64,000 nucleotides of DNA from Oopsacas minuta (GCA_024704765.1 JAKMXF010000299.1:816556-880555); one strand, 5' to 3'; positions 12,850-27,710 are shown, counted from the first letter of the stretch. Program-made: numbers and translations. Notes: generated by a model not told the origin, from the letters alone.

Positions 12850-13560
12850 AAGCCTACTATATACAGTCCATTTCACTGAAGATTTTTTCATGGTACCATG
12901 AATAAAATGAAGTGATTGATAGTAAATAGGAAATTCTAATATTGATGATAATTAGGAACTGGTACATTTTACCAATAATAAATGTATCATCGATGTATAA
13001 GGGTCCACCTAACCTACATCTATGCCAAATTTCAGATCAAAAGAGGTTTTGTACAAAATATATTATTTGTAAGAATTAAGTTAACTCGTTATTAAGTTGC
13101 AGTAGAGATCATGGATCCATAATAGTGAAAATTATGGCCTAAAGTGGTATAGACAATTTGTAGTATATCCCCGGATTCCCATACTCTGATAATACATTTT
13201 GATATGATAGCTCTTACCAATATGAGGTAATAGAATATCCCTTATTTGGTCCTTTTAACGTTAAGCAAAAGCTTCACAGATATATCAAAATGCATTACAA
13301 GGGCTTGTGAGGTCGGGTATAAACTATAATTTGGATATACTGATTAGGGAATAATATTCACTCTTATAGAGTTATAATTGGATATTCATACAAATGTGCA
13401 ATTCATGGTCTCTACTGTAACTCAAGAACGATCCGACTTGCTTCCAAACTTTTATACTTTGTACAAAAATATCCTCAGATATTTTGACCTTGAGTCACAT
13501 ATTCACTATTTAATGTTCAACACCCTATCGACGAAGGCCTATTTTTTAGAAAGAATTACC
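12850..13560. repeat. Foldback (long imperfect palindrome) repeat family member
   Basis: Inverted pairs TAATACATTTTGATAT / ATATCAAAATGCATTA and AGTTGCAGTAGAGA / TCTCTACTGTAACT. The core is shared with 26640-27710. Boundaries are approximate. Confidence 0.55.
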
Positions 13561-13824
13561 AATTAACCAATCAGATGACGTCATTTTTATTTGAAATTTG
13601 CATAGATGTGGGCTAGGGGGAGTGTTACACATCGATAATACATCTATTATTGGCAAAGTGTAACAGTTTCAAATAATAGAATTTCCTACTTAATTTCATC
13701 CACTTCATCTTATTCATCGTACCATTGAATTATCTTCCGTGAAATGCTCTGTATATAGTAGGTTGATATGCTGAATCTCAATACATACGCAGAGATTTGC
13801 TCTCAAATGGGGACAACTGCTATA

Positions 13825-15089
13825 CCAGATGGGAATAAGTTCTGTCCCATTGGCAAAAAACTGTAACTCTACGAAAAAAGTTCCTATTTTGGCTAGATAT
13901 TGTACCATAATTGAGTACACACTATCTGGATTCAGCTAAACTCAACTCATTAAAAATATCCCCCTTTCTATCTTATTTCTTCCCTTAGCCGTTTGGAACG
14001 GCTTCAAAAGCGGTACGCATGATTTCCTGGGGAATATTGTCCCAATCTCTGCATATTGTCTTCCTTAACCTTCCAGATTCCTGTGTGAGTTCGAACAAGC
14101 CCTCGACTCTAATTTAGACCAAAGAGAGAAATCCAGAGGATTTAGATCTGGCTTGGAGATAGAACTCGGAATTTGAGTTCGAAGCTCTTGAGTGCTTTTT
14201 GTAGTGTGGGAGGGGGCACCATCTTGTTGAAACATGAATGGCATGTTATTAACATTGTTCTCTCGAGATCTTTCACTATGGGCTTTAGAATAAGGTCTTG
14301 GTAGGTCAAGGCGTTAATTTTCACCGGGAGGGGACAAATTCTAGCTATAGCAGAGATACCGGGCCAGACCATGCCAGAAAGTGGTTTTTGAACTCTTTTT
14401 ACGTATCTAAACTTGTCAGGGATAGTAGAAAGTGACAGACAAACTTCTGTCGTTTTGGGAATTAGGAACTTCTTCCACACTAATAAGTTTCTCTTCGGAG
14501 AACAGAACCTGGTCTAGGTCAAAGAGACGAACCACTTTAGAAATTATTTATTTCTTGACAACCTCCTCTTGATAACTAACCTGGAAAGTAAATGAACCTT
14601 CCTCCTTTTATTAGAAGACAGACCTCTTCCCTATCTCACGATGGTTCTAAGCGATTTAGGAGACGTTTAGTTGAGCTGCCATTTTCTTGTGGAACGTCTA
14701 GGTATTCGCAATATGCGAGACCGTACTACCTTTTCATTTTGTCGTAGTGACAGAAACAGGACGACCATTTCTTGTCTTGTCTTTCACGCTGTTATTATCC
14801 TGGAACCGTTTAATGGTACTGTAGACAAAATTCCTGTGTTTTGGGCATATTTAAAATTTCAAAATAACCACTGGTTTCTTCCCTTGCTTGAATAATTCAA
14901 CAATTGTTAGTCATTCTCCTTCCATGGTAAAACGTTTAGAAAAAATATCTAGACAGTAGTCGTATAGGATAAGAAATGAAATGTTACTATGTATTCGGGT
15001 ATTATGCAACTACTAAAGCTATGGTATCGAATAAATTCGAGATACAAGATTCATTTGAAAGAATAGGACAGAACTTACCCCCCACCCTG
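13825..15089 (-). mobile_element. Decayed maT-like (Tc1/mariner superfamily) transposon
   Basis: Degenerate TIRs ending TAAGTTCTGTCC with TA flanks. Minus-strand remnants read LFSEEKLISVEEVPNSQNDR, FQQDGAPSHT and SPDLNPLDFSLW across frameshifts. Confidence 0.8.
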
Positions 15090-16110
15090 TAAATGCGGAA
15101 TCAAATACACAGGATCCGAATTTCGATTTTAAGTTTCCCTTATGTAAATTTGTTCGTTTTTGTTTTATTGAAATGAAAAATGGTTGAAATCTTAAAATAA
15201 TCGCAAAGAATTTGTCTCAACATCTATGTAGGGGTAGTAGGATTAATCTGAATTTCTCATTTACAAGACACTCATATACTAAAACCGATTTATACTGAGC
15301 TCCCTCGGGACCGAAATTTTTGTTCGCTATAACGAGGTGTTCACTAACTAGAGGTTCAAATTTATGATTGGGATCAATTTGGGACCATAGAATTGTGTCA
15401 CTGTATACATGTGTTCACTAATAGAAGTTGTTCACTTACTGAATTTTCACTACATATTTTCTGGTTATCACTCTTATTCAACCCACAGATGCCACTGGGT
15501 TCCAGTATTTATAGTCTCGACCCATTACTTATATGGTTTCCTAGCATTATGCTACAAGATCACCCAATATGTAATGTATTGTGGAGCATTCGCTGGTTTT
15601 ACGGTGCATATAGCGATTTTCACCTAGAAAATATATGGTGGTGTGAGATTCTAGAATTGTACCACGAAGATCCTATGAAATTTGATCAGCCAATCATTGA
15701 AGTTATCCCAATTTTTGGCCTTTTTAAGCCTTACCTGATGAATTTACTAATTTTTCCAAGGAACCCCCGTCAGGGTAGATAAAATCATGATTTTTTAAAT
15801 TTTTATTGGTTTATTGTGTTATGTATCAGATCTTTTCACGAATAAATCAAATTTACTGTGAATCACTAAACTCAGTATGAGTATGAAAATATAATAATGT
15901 TAAAATACTATTCGAGTTTATTTAGATACTTGTAAATTGAGCATTCTGTAAATAAACACTAGTTTTGCTGCCTTCTCGATTCTAAGTCTATTCCTTATAT
16001 GAAATATATATATCCAAATGTTGAAATTATCCATATAGGGTCTTGTTTCCTTCCTGCCATGAATCGAAAATAATAAAAATTAACAATTCTTTAGCTATTG
16101 ATGTTATATA

Positions 16111-17298
16111 CAGGGTGTCTAATAAGTTCTGTTATATATCAATTCCCAAAGATTTCAAATGTATCCATTGTAAAGCCATGAAACCTTCTATTTTCTTAGG
16201 ACTTATGTTCCTAATTACACATTACAAATATCATTCAATATAGCCTCTCTTTTTATGAATTACGGAAGTTAGTCTGCCCCGAAACTGATGGACAGCTTTT
16301 CGCAGCTCCTCCTGTGGGATTTTCTGCCATTCATCCTTACTTATGAAATCGATATTTTGCTCTCGGAACCAACCCTGGGATACTTTTGAAGCATGTGCAG
16401 GCGCAGAGTCTTGTTGGTAAGTCTAAGGATGGTTTTGAAAGAGCTTCTCACCAGCAGACGCAATATCAGGCTCCAAGACCAGCTCTCTGTACGTCTGGGA
16501 GTTTATTTTCACTCCTTGGGGGACAAAAATCAGGTTTGTCCGTGAGTCTGCCGACACACCCGCCCATACCATCAGAGAAAGAGGCTTCTAGACTCTATCA
16601 ATGTACTTGATGCTATCTGGGATATCCTGACTTCGAGAAGCAAGTATACGGTCGTTTTGACGATTGCTTGCCTCCTCAACCGTGAACAGCTTCTCATCTG
16701 AGAAGAAAATCTGATCTTCAGTCCCAGGAGCGAATCGGGCTTTTAGTTGTATGCATCTTTCGAGTCGCTTACGACGTATGGAGTCATTAAGATGGTGTAC
16801 GTTTTTCCGCTTATAGGACTTCATTCCTAGGTCCTCTACAACCAATTTCCGCATCATTTTGTGATTGACACAGAATTCACGAGACATTTTTCGCATTGAA
16901 CGCCGGGGATTTCTCAGGATTCGACATCTAACACTATTCTTCAGGGCTGGTGTGCGAGCGGATCTTGGACGACCAACTCGTTTCCTGTCAGACACACTCC
17001 CAGTCTCTATATAGCGTTTTATTGTGCGATAGATCAGCATGGGATTGACTTTATCATTTTTTAGCCTTTTTAGAATTTCACTATTGCTAAATCCAGATTC
17101 GTGAAAAGTGACAATTTTTGAACGAATTTCTTCTAACATGATTTTCTGGTAAATCATCAACTTGAATGATATATACTTGGTATAATTTGAAAGAGCGCCA
17201 AAAATGGTACAAGAAAATCTAGAAGATTACTTTATAAGTATATTAAGAGCTACTGTCTAAGGCGCGAAAATGTATAACAGAACTTATTAGACACCCTG
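16111..17298 (-). mobile_element. maT/DD37D transposon copy A (1188 bp; internal 123-bp deletion and nonsense codon)
   Basis: TIR CAGGGTGTCTAATAAGTTCTGTTATA at both ends with TA flanks. ORF 16588-17160 has an HTH region and IFFSDEKLFTVE. Nearly identical to 62407-63717. Confidence 0.93.
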
Positions 17299-17618
17299 TA
17301 CGTATATGATGTGTCTTTCTTCATATTTGCATTGAATTAGTCAAGTTTGGAATTCAATTCTAAGATTTCTGGTTAATGTGTCAAGAGTTGACATCAATTG
17401 AATAATTAAAATTTGTATATTGAACGCCATTGATGAAGATTGTTGACTGTAAATACGATAATAATATATGTATATTATTTATTTCATGATTTAAATTACT
17501 TGATTTAAATCAAACAACCCTGCAAGGAGGTGACAAAAATGACAAGACCCACCTTTGAAAGCTGAGAATATACGTTTCCAACCATAAATACAATAATTAC
17601 ATTTAGATATTTTTCCAG

Positions 17619-18228
17619 GAGTCGAATCATTTTTCAGCACAATTTCTACCCTACTATTTGTATTATGGACAATATTTTCAGTAGCATGTTAGTCTGTAAT
17701 TCGTCACAACCAACTCCTCACCGTGAAGATAACACTTTGGTTGATAAGATTAGTGGGTGGCCCTCTGCCGGCGCTACTTCTAATATGCCTCAAATCACTC
17801 TCTCTACCACAAAAATTCCTCTCTTTTATCAGCGCCCTATTTCTGGCAAAGTTCCGGTTAAAATGCATACTTCACCGGCAAATAATCCTTTGTCCCCTTA
17901 TTATTCTACTCTTTCTCCAAAACCCTTTGAGCATTCTCCTGAAACTTTTGAATTTTTGGCTTTGAAACGAAAATATTCAGCCTCGACTCAAACAGCATGG
18001 GAAGAAGTCAACTGGAACAAAAAGCTTAACTCAACACATATACCGATTTTACAACATCAAAAAATGTCCGTTCCTGATCCAGTTGCTAATTTCAATAGGA
18101 TACCTCGCTATTTCACTTCAACATGCAATTGGCAAGATCTAGGCAATTCCTGGGATTATGTTCAGTCCAGAAATTCCCCTAAAAAGAAGTTTCCAGGATT
18201 TATAAGTCAATTTAGAAATAATAATAAG
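17619..18228 (+). CDS. Candidate host-gene exon, Ser/Pro/Thr-rich, function unknown
   Basis: Open frame of about 200 codons (ORF 17665-18288), preceded by acceptor-like TTTTTCCAG (ends 17618) and with donor-like AAG|GTATTA at 18229. No transposase motifs were recognised and no partner exons were confirmed. Confidence 0.4.
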
Positions 18229-20799
18229 GTATTAACTTTATCTGTTCGCTTTCTCTTTACAATTTTCATCGTCGATTTTACTGTCTAGTGGAACTCATTA
18301 TATGTCAAGTTAATTTCGATATATCACCATTTCGCTTAACCAAGTACGTCCGAAGTGTTAAGATAGTCATAAAAAAGAACACATATTTTACAACTTCGTT
18401 TTAACCAATTCCCGCACACAAATCGGGATTTCAGCAATCATTTGGTTGCATAAAATGATACATTTTCCCTGCCGTATTCGGTTAATAGAGATAGCAGAGA
18501 TGAAGTCTTTGCTATCTTTTCCCTAAAAAAGGGCTAATTGGGACTTTTTGTTGAATTAAGCTGGAAATTGCCAAAATTTTCTTTTGTTGTGTTAGAATTT
18601 TATTAGGAACTAGTTCACTCTGCTTGCTAGGTGGCTGCGGGACAGTTGAGTGCCTCAGGTTACTTAAGTATTAAATAGCTAATTTCTTCATGGTTTGGGT
18701 CGCTACGCGACCAGGTGGAGTTGATATCTTTGTTTTGGTCGTGACGATATTCTTAGGAACTTCTCTGAATATATCACTCAAATTGCGTGACACTTTATTG
18801 GCAGACCTGAGATAGTGAGATTCTGACTTTTTCGATTTTTCTATTTCTTTGGATAATAGACAGATGGATTTCATTGTCCATACTAATTGCCTGCAACACT
18901 GATAATCTGTATGCAGGTTACCCTCTATATTTATTGCCTTTGTACTATTATTTTGTGACCTTTTGGGAACTTGTATTATTTTCCCTATGTATGTAGATGA
19001 ACAACAAACAAATACGAACTATGTGTGAATGTGTGGATATTTTCATTATATTTTTATAACTGTATCTAGTAACGTCATTCCCCACTCCCGTAGCAAATAT
19101 CAATTCTGTATCTCTTACCAGTTCCTCAATCAATTCAGCCAAACAAAATATCTTGAGTTTTAATATATAAGAATTTCCTCAGCAGAAAAGATTCAGTTTA
19201 CAGTCATCGTTCTTAAATGTGGGATCCAAACAAACGTAGTGGGGGATTTGCTAAAGACCAGCGTGATTGAGCGTGATGCATTAGAGCTCTTCCAATTACT
19301 TCGATTTCTATGATAACGTAACGAATATAATTGAAGTTTGAGGCTTCATTGGCCCCATAAATACCCCAACCAGTATTTCTGGATAATCAAAATTTGAGTT
19401 CTTTGTTAGGTATATACTGTATACACAGAGGGTTTATGGTGGAAATATGCTTGATTTTTGTAATCTTAGATCATTAATTCAATTATCTCGTATCTTAACC
19501 TAGAAATGCAGAATTTCATTCTTAATGAACAAGTGTATTTGTTGTTGTGGTGATGAATATTCGCATGATTCTTGTGTCTGAATTTTTGTCCTGCAGTTTA
19601 TCAAATTTGATAAAGTTTCATTGTTGTATTCTTGTAACTTCGAAGGATTGATTTCTATTAAGGCCTACTGAAACACGTATTTTGATTTCTGATATATCAA
19701 AATTTACATTTTAAATTAATTCACATAAGTTTTGTTTTATTCTACGACCATGTGATAGTGATGACGGTTCTAAAGACAAATATTTTCATCGTTTTCTAGA
19801 TATACTATTCTGAAATTTGTTGTGCCACGAAGTCTCAATCATTTTAAGTTAAATTTTGATAATACAATAATTACATACCCGCTCAAGTGCTGCCAAATCG
19901 CCCAAGTGGGCCCAAGGTGCTTTTATTCACATTTATATGCCCGCGACTCACTAAATATCCTAAAATTCCATAGTACATTTTATATCAAGTCTAATTATTG
20001 ATAATGTAGGGATAATTGTCCTATAATGGATATATATTTATTCCTGATCATTTCCTTTTCTTTCTTTATAGTCTAGACTCATAGTAGAAGATTAAGACTA
20101 AATATTGTATTTTGAAAGTGTAATAAATGGTCAAATTCTACCCAACAATATGAAATATCTCAATCTTTAATAGCCTATTTTGATAAGTATTGATGTGAAT
20201 TGACAGTGTTTGAATAACATAGCTTTTCACAAGTTATCTTGACTTACTCCTCTTTGTTGATACCTATTGATAATCTCTTGGGGTTTCTAATATATATATA
20301 CATATATTGTAACCATTGATATCATATTTACAAATTTATTTCAAATCACCACAAATTGTGTTGAATACTCCTCGTACATAATTTTGATTTTTCCAATCAA
20401 TTTTCTACCATCGATTTACTACATTTAAAAGTTTCGCACAAGTAGCTAATTTCTATGTGTTTATTCCCACTTACTTGCCATTTTAGGTTACTGTGAGTTC
20501 GAATTATGTTCATTCACGGAATCTGGTCTACGATTTTCTGTGTTCGATTTCTGATACTCTGCCAGTGGTGTCAAACCAATTTATTTTATGGGCCATTTCA
20601 TATTTTTCAATACTTACATTGGGGACAGCGGAAATTTTATTTAATACAAAAGCAATTAATCTGTATATTTATGCATGTTTGTATTTCGAGCTTGGCTAGA
20701 ACAAATTCGTTTCCTGAACCAAAACAGATGAAGAAATTATGAACTCATTGTTACCTTTTTGGATTTTCGAAAATCAGATTATTAGCTATTGCTCAGCCA

Positions 20800-21200
20800 A
20801 TATAAATAATAGATGGTTGAAATTTGAATCACAGGTACCGTATAATATGTCAAATGTCCTGACTTTATCGCTTTGAAGAATTACAAACTCCTCATGAAAT
20901 TATTACGTTATCATCACAGTGCAAAAACACGAAATTCTTAATGCACGAGCTGCGAATTGCCGAGATTACTATCCAAAGGCCACGTAGGATCCAGTGTTAC
21001 CAACCAAGGCCATTAAATGTAATTTGGATGGGCCATGGATATAACATCTTTAATTCCCTCTTTTTTATACCGGAGGCACGTAGTGCCGATTATATTCCGT
21101 CGCGTGCTACAATACTCACTAAGAAATATAGCTGTTTAATACTTAAGCTAAATCTGATGCACCAGCTGTCGACCTAGCAAGTAATACGCGTTATTGTTAC
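20800..21200. repeat. Dispersed repeat paralogous to about 22950-23330 plus 24628-24750
   Basis: Shared blocks CACAGG..CAAATGTCCT, CATGAAATTATT, CCATTAAAT.TA.TTGGATGG and GAGGCAC..T.GCCGA.TATA(T/C)TCCGTCG..CACTAAGAAAT. The second copy is split by the mariner at 23333. Confidence 0.7.
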
Positions 21201-23332
21201 GCAATCGTAAAATTATATGATTATTGTATTCACATTTTAAACTAACTTGACTCATGAACCCTTATGTTCTTGGCTGGTCAGCAACCGACTCCGTGCGAGC
21301 TATAAAGTTTGAGGGGCCCTGCAGCCAATTCCCATTTTTTGAGAAGTCGAAACTGCTATACAGCATTGAGAAAATTCCGAATTTTACCTCATCCACATCT
21401 AATAAAATCTTTCAGGACACTTCTCGCCCTGAATCAGTAAAAGAATGGCAGATGTGCACATACAATAAAAATCGTGTTTATCTAAATTCATAGACCCTAA
21501 AAGTATTCTAAGAATCTATTGAAAGTTTGTATCAAATATTGTATACGATAAAATGTTAATTATATCCCTGGCTTTGCTGCTGACACAGATGAACTAGCAA
21601 GAACAGTCTCGACGCTAGTAACACGGCCCATGTTCGGACCTCCAGCATCTGTGGCCAGACTAATCCTCGTTAATTAATTTCGGAGTTACCTGTAGTATGT
21701 CAGTGTAATGAATATAGCATTCAATATCCAGCTTCTGTTCTCAGTTTCCACTTCACTTTTTTTATACAATTCATCTTATAGAAAGAATAAGATACTCCTG
21801 AAAAAGTGAATAAACTACCGTTTTGTGATCCACTTATTCATTAAACAGCGAATGAAGAGGTTTGACATATTTTTGCTATCTATCAAGGAAAAAATATTTT
21901 ATTATTTAGCAAGCCTATTTATCGTATTCCAAGGCATTTCCATCAACTTTTTGATCATCAGGAAGTAGATTTGATGCTTAATATTTCAGAGTGGCTGGAT
22001 TGTATTCAGATGGTTGCGAATATCATGTAACTTTTGTGCATCTCACCAGGTGACTTCACATGCTAAATGTTAAAAATTGTATTCAGCGAATCTTTGAACT
22101 ATTCCAATTGCGTGACCCTGGATCATTTCGTTCTAAAATTGACTCTATGTTCACCTACATTAATTGTATCGCACTATCTTTAATACATTTAGATTAATAT
22201 TAGTGTCAATTATGGTTTGTGATCAGTACTTTTGAATGGCCCAAGTATTATGATACAATTTTCTATCGAAATTTTTGGGAATTTTGTTAGGGTAGAGTAT
22301 ATAAGACCTAACTAGTGAAATTTGGAATAGGGATCTTGTTTTCTGCGGAAGGTATTTTTGAAGGACTTTGTAATACAGAAACGGTGCATTTTTGCCCGAA
22401 TACAGTATTGCGCATTTGTAGAACAATAAATTATACAACGTCCCAAATTGCTTATCAACTAAGCGTTAATTTGCAAAATATTTCATTGTTTGATTTCTAG
22501 CACCTTTTGACGTCAAAAATTGACACATTTTCCCGACAGTTTTTTATAAGAACGGGCTTAAATTTTGCCAACATTTATTTTCATTGTCGGAATTTGTTAG
22601 AATTTTCTGTTGATATTTGTCACTGAAAGCTGGCTAATTCATAAAATGTGGAAAAATATCTAAGGAACCCAGGCATTTTTCCCACCTTTTGACACTAGAA
22701 TACTGTTTATATTCAATTTGAATTTAATTCATCATTATGTGCACACAATTAAGATTTTGCGTCAAAATCATAAAATTGTTATTAATCTTTCATACTTAAT
22801 TGAGTTTTGGGTGAAGTTCAAATCTAATTTTTTCAATTTTGATCCCCATTTTGTGATTCATATTTCTCAAGTCTAATACACATTGGAAGCGGTATTTTGC
22901 CATTATTAAAACTCACATTCCCAAATATTTAATAAGGAAATATGACCAATCTATGATTCACAGGCACGCCTAAATGTGCCAAATGTCCTAACTGCATGAT
23001 TCTCACCAAATGCAAAGTCATCATGAAATTATTTCGTCATAATGACAGTTCAAAATGTACAGTTTCCAAATTTTATAGAATTCTAGGACCTGACTTCATT
23101 TTAATTTTCTTTGAAAACACATATCAGAGATTTCTCTGTATTTTCTATTAACTGAATGCGGCGAGAGAATGTGTGGTTTATGACGTCACAAAGGTACTAA
23201 ACTCATGAACCGCCGCTTCGTTAATGTCCTGTTCACTACCAAAACCCATTAAATTGTATTTGGATGGACTTGGGATAATCTAATCAAAATTTCCGCTATG
23301 TTTTCTATTCGAGGCACTATTGGCCGAATATA

Positions 23333-24625
23333 CAAGGGTTGTTCAATAAATAATGAGACATTTTTTCATAATTCATATAGTAAACCCATACTTATCATAA
23401 TTGATTATCAAATGTTTCAATAAATTCCCCCTTTAACTTTATACATCGTTTCCATCGTTATGGTAACTTTCCACCCTAGTGGTATAGAATTCTTAAGGGG
23501 TCCCTTTATCCCACTGTTTTATTTCATACTCCAGCCGTTTGAAATCCTCCACTCTCTTCATCTCTCCGAACAGCCAGCAATCGCTGGGAGCCAGGTCTGG
23601 TCTATAAGAGGGATGAGGGAGGCATTCGAATCCTAAGTCGTCAATTGCAGCCTTGTCTTGTAGCTTACATGGGGCCTTGCGTTGTCATGTTGCAGCAATA
23701 CGCCACGTGTTTACTTGCCTCGCCTCTCACGTTTAATTGCTTGACGCAATTCTTTCAATTCGTCAACGTAATAATCACTGTTTATGGTTGTCTTCTCAAG
23801 CAACCAGTCGAGGTGTATATTCCTTCCTATTCAAAAAATACTGTTGCCATTCTCTTTCCTGCTGATTTTGCAGCCTTTACCTTGATGGGTAGAGGTTCAT
23901 CACGTCTCTTCCACTGCTTCGATTGAGTTTTGCTCTGTTTCATAATAATGAAACCAAGTTTCATCCCCCGTTACTATACGATCCAAAAGGTCTTCCTCTG
24001 TCTAGTATCTTGAAAGTAATTCTTTGCTAACTCTGACCCTTTCGCGTTTTTGTTCTTTTGAAAGAAGTTTTGGGACACAACGCCCAGTTACCTTCGACAT
24101 TTCCAGATCTTCAGTGATAATCGAGTGTGTGGCTTTTGATATACCTACTCTCTCTTCTAACTCTCGCAAGGTTATTCGTCTGTTCTCGTCCAAAATTGTT
24201 TGGACCCTCTCGATATTACTACGCGTTTTTGAGGAAGTCGGGCGACCTGGACGAGGGTCATCGTGGAGTTCCTCATCGCCATTATCAAAACGTTCGATCC
24301 ATCTATATATGGTGGCTTTCGAAGGACATTCATCACCGTAAATATCCTGCATTTCACAAAGAATGTATGAGCCAGTCTTCCCCTTTTTTCACAGGTACCA
24401 AATTATTTGTCGTTTTCCTTCTTTACTAAAATCCATTAGTTGAAAAAAGTAACCTATACAAATGAAACTTTATACTGAAGAATATGCTAGGAGAGTAAAG
24501 AGTATATTGTATCGAAGTTAGACAATCAAGTTAGGCTTGTAATCTGATATTAGGCTTAGAGCTGTGTTAACTAGAATATGAATATGATACATTAGTCTCA
24601 TTACTTATTGAACAAACAACCCTTG
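23333..24625 (-). mobile_element. mariner (DD34D-type) transposon, decayed
   Basis: TIRs CAAGGGTTGTTCAATAAATAATGAGAC with TA flanks. ORF 24002-24352 has the HTH region, RPGRP and CVPKLL (WVPHEL-like). HDNARPH and a PYRPDL (YSPDL-like) remnant lie downstream. Confidence 0.9.
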
Positions 24626-26639
24626 TACTCCGTCGTGTTGCTAAGCACTAAGAAATTTTTCTGTTTCTTACTTAAACACAACCCGAGACACTAAGTTGTC
24701 ACGCAACAACCTAGTAAGTGAAGCTCCCAGTAACATATAATCGATAAAATTATTTCTTTATCAGCATAGCCAATCTGTACAACAGTCCGACTTTCCATGC
24801 TCTAATAATAGATTTTAATGTTATATCTCTGAATCTTATTTTGTAATCTTAACAATTATCATGCATATATACATACTCAGGATCACGTCACTTCGTCAAG
24901 AGGACACATTTTGTGTATTTTAAGGTATATGAATTTAGACATGTATTTTTCATTGGCTATGTGTCAAATTGTCTCGCCTGATGTTGCTTCACTAGGAATG
25001 GGATGCCAAACCGTTGATGCGTAAAGAATTTGGTAAGTCGTTGATGACTTTACCGTGAACAAATTGTTATAAACGTATTTGATACTGTTGGGCCCATTCT
25101 TTGCTCTAAGTATACCGTATACAAAATCCGCTTTGAGAAACCTTTTGTGAGGAATTTTGTATGGTGACCAGATAGAACTAGAGAAGGTGTAAAATTATCT
25201 AGTTTCAATTATTTAATTTTGATCGTATTTTTACTTGTTTTCGCAATCAGCGTGAAATTTTCCGTTGTTAGTTGGTTCCTTTTGGCCTGCGGCCTTTATT
25301 TTTCTTGTTATTTTTCACGCATTGCTTTCGACATGATATTTTTGTTGGTCTTTGAGAGAAGATTGACTCTAAATGATAAATTATTCTTAAGACGTAGATC
25401 GATTGATTTTACCCGGTTATTTATGCTGATTTGATTTGTCTTAACTATACATTCTGAATTATTGGAGAAATATAGCTCGTATAAATGGGGATGATCGAAT
25501 TATATCAACTGGAAAATCTGTTTATTCTGTCAGTGTCAGTCAGACTACTCCTCAGCCTATCTGAGACAATAAACAGAGTTTCCAGTTTTGAATTCGAAAA
25601 ACAATCCATATTATCATACTTTTGTATAAATATGCGAAAATAGTAGATATTTAAGGCTGCGGTGGCCGGTACATTAAATCGGGTATTTATGTTATCTAGA
25701 GGCCCAGTTTTCAGCATGCATCCAAATCATTTTGATCGGAAAATGTCTAATATTCTTGGTTTAGTGCTGATTCAAATTATTGAGTTTATTGATTTAGTAA
25801 TCCAAAATGAGTGAATTTATTTATTATTGATACATCGCCCTTCGGATGTCCTAAAATACCTAACCACTTACTAGGAAAATCTTTCCCCTGTATATTGGTT
25901 TTTTACTGTTATTAGGGTCAATGTATATGGCCTATACCCATAGCTTTGACTATTCAGAGTAATTAAAATCACTAATCGCCCATTATTATTCAAGGAAATT
26001 CGGTAACTGAAAGGATCATTCTCAACTTAAAATATCAAATTTCAATTCCAAATAGTAATTTCAAATCAAACGTCAATGAGCTATTGAAGATTATCCTTGT
26101 AAAATATCCTTTTCATTAATATTGATCATTGAGTATATTAATCTTTTGAGTATACGTATTGTTCTTTTCACTTCAAATCATTACAAAAATGTTATTTTAT
26201 TTATTGAATTTTCTTAGTGAAAGTATTTAGCCTATTTGAATTTGTGTTCATATTGGAAATGAATTATTTATCAGATTTATATTTCAATCATTTCACAAAT
26301 TGAATTTGATTAGGGGTCTCGAACTAGGAGTCATTCGATAAGGTTTAGATTTGTTTTGAGATTGGAATCTTAATAAATTCCTGCGACATTTTTGTGTTGC
26401 TATGGAAGACATATCTCCACATGTTGTCATATGACCACCTATCTTACGGGGAAATTTCGCTGATTGCGAGAATAAGTTTTAAAATATCGGACTTCAATTA
26501 TTAAGTTAGTTCATTTTTAACACCTTAGTGTTATCTAGTGCTATCTGATGACTATAAAAAATAACCCAGTAACGATTTCCACAAAGAGGATTTGAGGATG
26601 TTGGATAAGCTATGGAGCATAAAATTCTACACCAACACT

Positions 26640-27710
26640 ATCAACTATGTTTATACATAGCCTACTCTGTATTAGGGCTGACAGTAACTGCACTTGAGAT
26701 ACCTTACACAATTGAACAGATTTCATATGATTTCTATGTTGCAGAAACGGTACATTTTGGCCCGAATAAATCTATTGCACAATTGTATACAAACAAATGA
26801 TTGTCAACCAGTAAATTCTAAGAAATATCAGGAATGTGTCCAAGTATGTATCTAGTAAGCATTTATCTGTTAAATTATCTCATTATTTGATTCCTTATAG
26901 AATGTTAAATATTGTATCTTTATTTTCAAAGTGAATACGTGAAATTGTCAATAGATATTTTATAAAATACCAAAAAGTGTATTGCAAAAGTTTGGCTCAT
27001 TCTTGAATTAATGAAGAGACCAGGGATGACACCATTTCTGAAAATCCAATTCTAACTCTATAATCGTTAAAATTATTCTCAAACGAGGATAGCCAATTGT
27101 ATTAAATACCCGACTTCCCATACCTCAATAATACATTTTGATACGATCCATGAAGATTATTGTGTATAGTTAAAGATGGGCATTTTGGTCATATTCCCAA
27201 TTACATCATATTGGTAAGGTATTCATCAAAATGTATTATCAAGATATGGGAAGTCGTAATTTACTATACATTGGCTATACTCATTTGACAATAATCCTAA
27301 AAATTATCGAGGTATAATTTGATATTCAGAATTTAGTGTTATCCCTGGCCTTTACTGTGACTCAAGAACTAGTAAGCTTTTGGATTACAAAATTTAGATA
27401 TTTGTATAAAACTATCTATAGATCATCTCAAATGTCCACTTTGAATTGATAGATGCACTACTTAACTAGTTCTATAAGGCATCAAAGAATTGCATATTTG
27501 TAACAAATACATGCTTATTTGACACATTCCTGAAGTCTCTTGGCATTTGTTTGTCTACAACTATGCATTGCATTTTCAGGCCAAAATGTACCGTTTCTGG
27601 AATATGGAAATAACATGGAATCTGTTCAATCACGTTATGTATCCCTAGTCTGAAATTTTCAGGTTAGTGTCAGGTCTGATATACAATAGGCTATGGTTTA
27701 TATAACAATT
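26640..27710. repeat. About 1.1-kb foldback element (imperfect palindrome centred near 27185)
   Basis: Nested inverted pairs: TTGAACAGATT, GAAACGGTACATTTTGGCC, CAGGAATGTGTC, TATAGCCAAT and GACTTCCCATA..ATAATACATTTTGAT. Confidence 0.75.

Noticed and set aside
18671-19330. Short ORFs near the candidate exon as further exons of a host gene
   Set aside because: Plausible frames exist on both strands with no consistent splice phase or recognisable domain, so this cannot be supported without RNA data.
20915-20921. CACAGTG followed by CAAAAAC as an RSS-like end
   Set aside because: It lies inside a dispersed repeat whose paralog near 23045 lacks the heptamer. A few chance heptamers are expected in 64 kb.
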